64,000 bases of DNA from IMG/VR virus record IMGVR_UViG_3300031951_000003, positions 124,001 through 188,000 of that record. The stretch is one strand, 5' to 3'. Shown here piece after piece: positions 63,836-64,000 of this stretch. Made by a program: the position numbers and the translations under genes. Numbering within the stretch: the first letter of the stretch is position 1; the number at the start of each line of letters is the position of its first letter. The notes beneath the pieces were generated by a model that saw only the letters and a program-made list of their open reading frames with translations, did not search any database and was not told where the DNA came from.

Positions 63836-64000
63836 TATGAAATAAATATCCACCAAAAATGACTTTTAGTGATGAGGGAAATAATTATTATTCTTTCAGA
63901 ATAATAATAAGAATTAATAAAAATAAAAAAAAAAGAAAAAAAACTAGTAATACTAGTTCTAGGGATTTTAGCAAACCGCCACACAAGAATCGAAACCTAA

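Noticed and set aside
1-64000. Stop-codon reassignment
   Set aside because: Conserved genes are full length in the standard code, TAG/TGA end genes at expected positions, and no suppressor tRNA is seen.
1-64000. CRISPR array, IS/transposase, integrase or rRNA
   Set aside because: No regularly spaced direct repeats or recognisable motifs were found; the recurring GGTTCGA words are tRNA T-loops.

Overview
AT-rich, densely coding 64-kb segment that looks like part of a very large (jumbo/mega) tailed phage infecting a Bacteroidota host. Evidence for the host: TAnnTTTG promoters, a Bacteroidota-type TonB-dependent receptor, a T9SS C-terminal domain and D-S/T-x lipoproteins. RNA genes: a tmRNA with an unusually long tag, a 23-gene minus-strand tRNA array (10990-16972), tRNA-Ser(TGA), two aberrant tRNA-like RNAs and several unassigned structured RNAs. 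Protein genes include ClpP, a stand-alone Smr domain, RNA-repair-associated domains, thyA, PPK2, two carbamoyltransferases, sulfotransferases, 2OG-Fe(II) oxygenases, a CsgG/cohesin/dockerin/lectin surface operon, GH19 and GH25 lysins, and many TATTTAT-preceded proteins with L/I-x-E N-termini. The main discovery candidate is a pair of unannotated leader-peptide attenuators in front of the two tRNA blocks. Each short leader ORF is built mostly from codons read by the tRNAs of its own downstream block and overlaps an antiterminator that competes with an intrinsic terminator. This suggests a codon-matched tRNA-depletion sensor that switches on replacement phage tRNAs. All calls were made by eye; no searches or folding programs were run.
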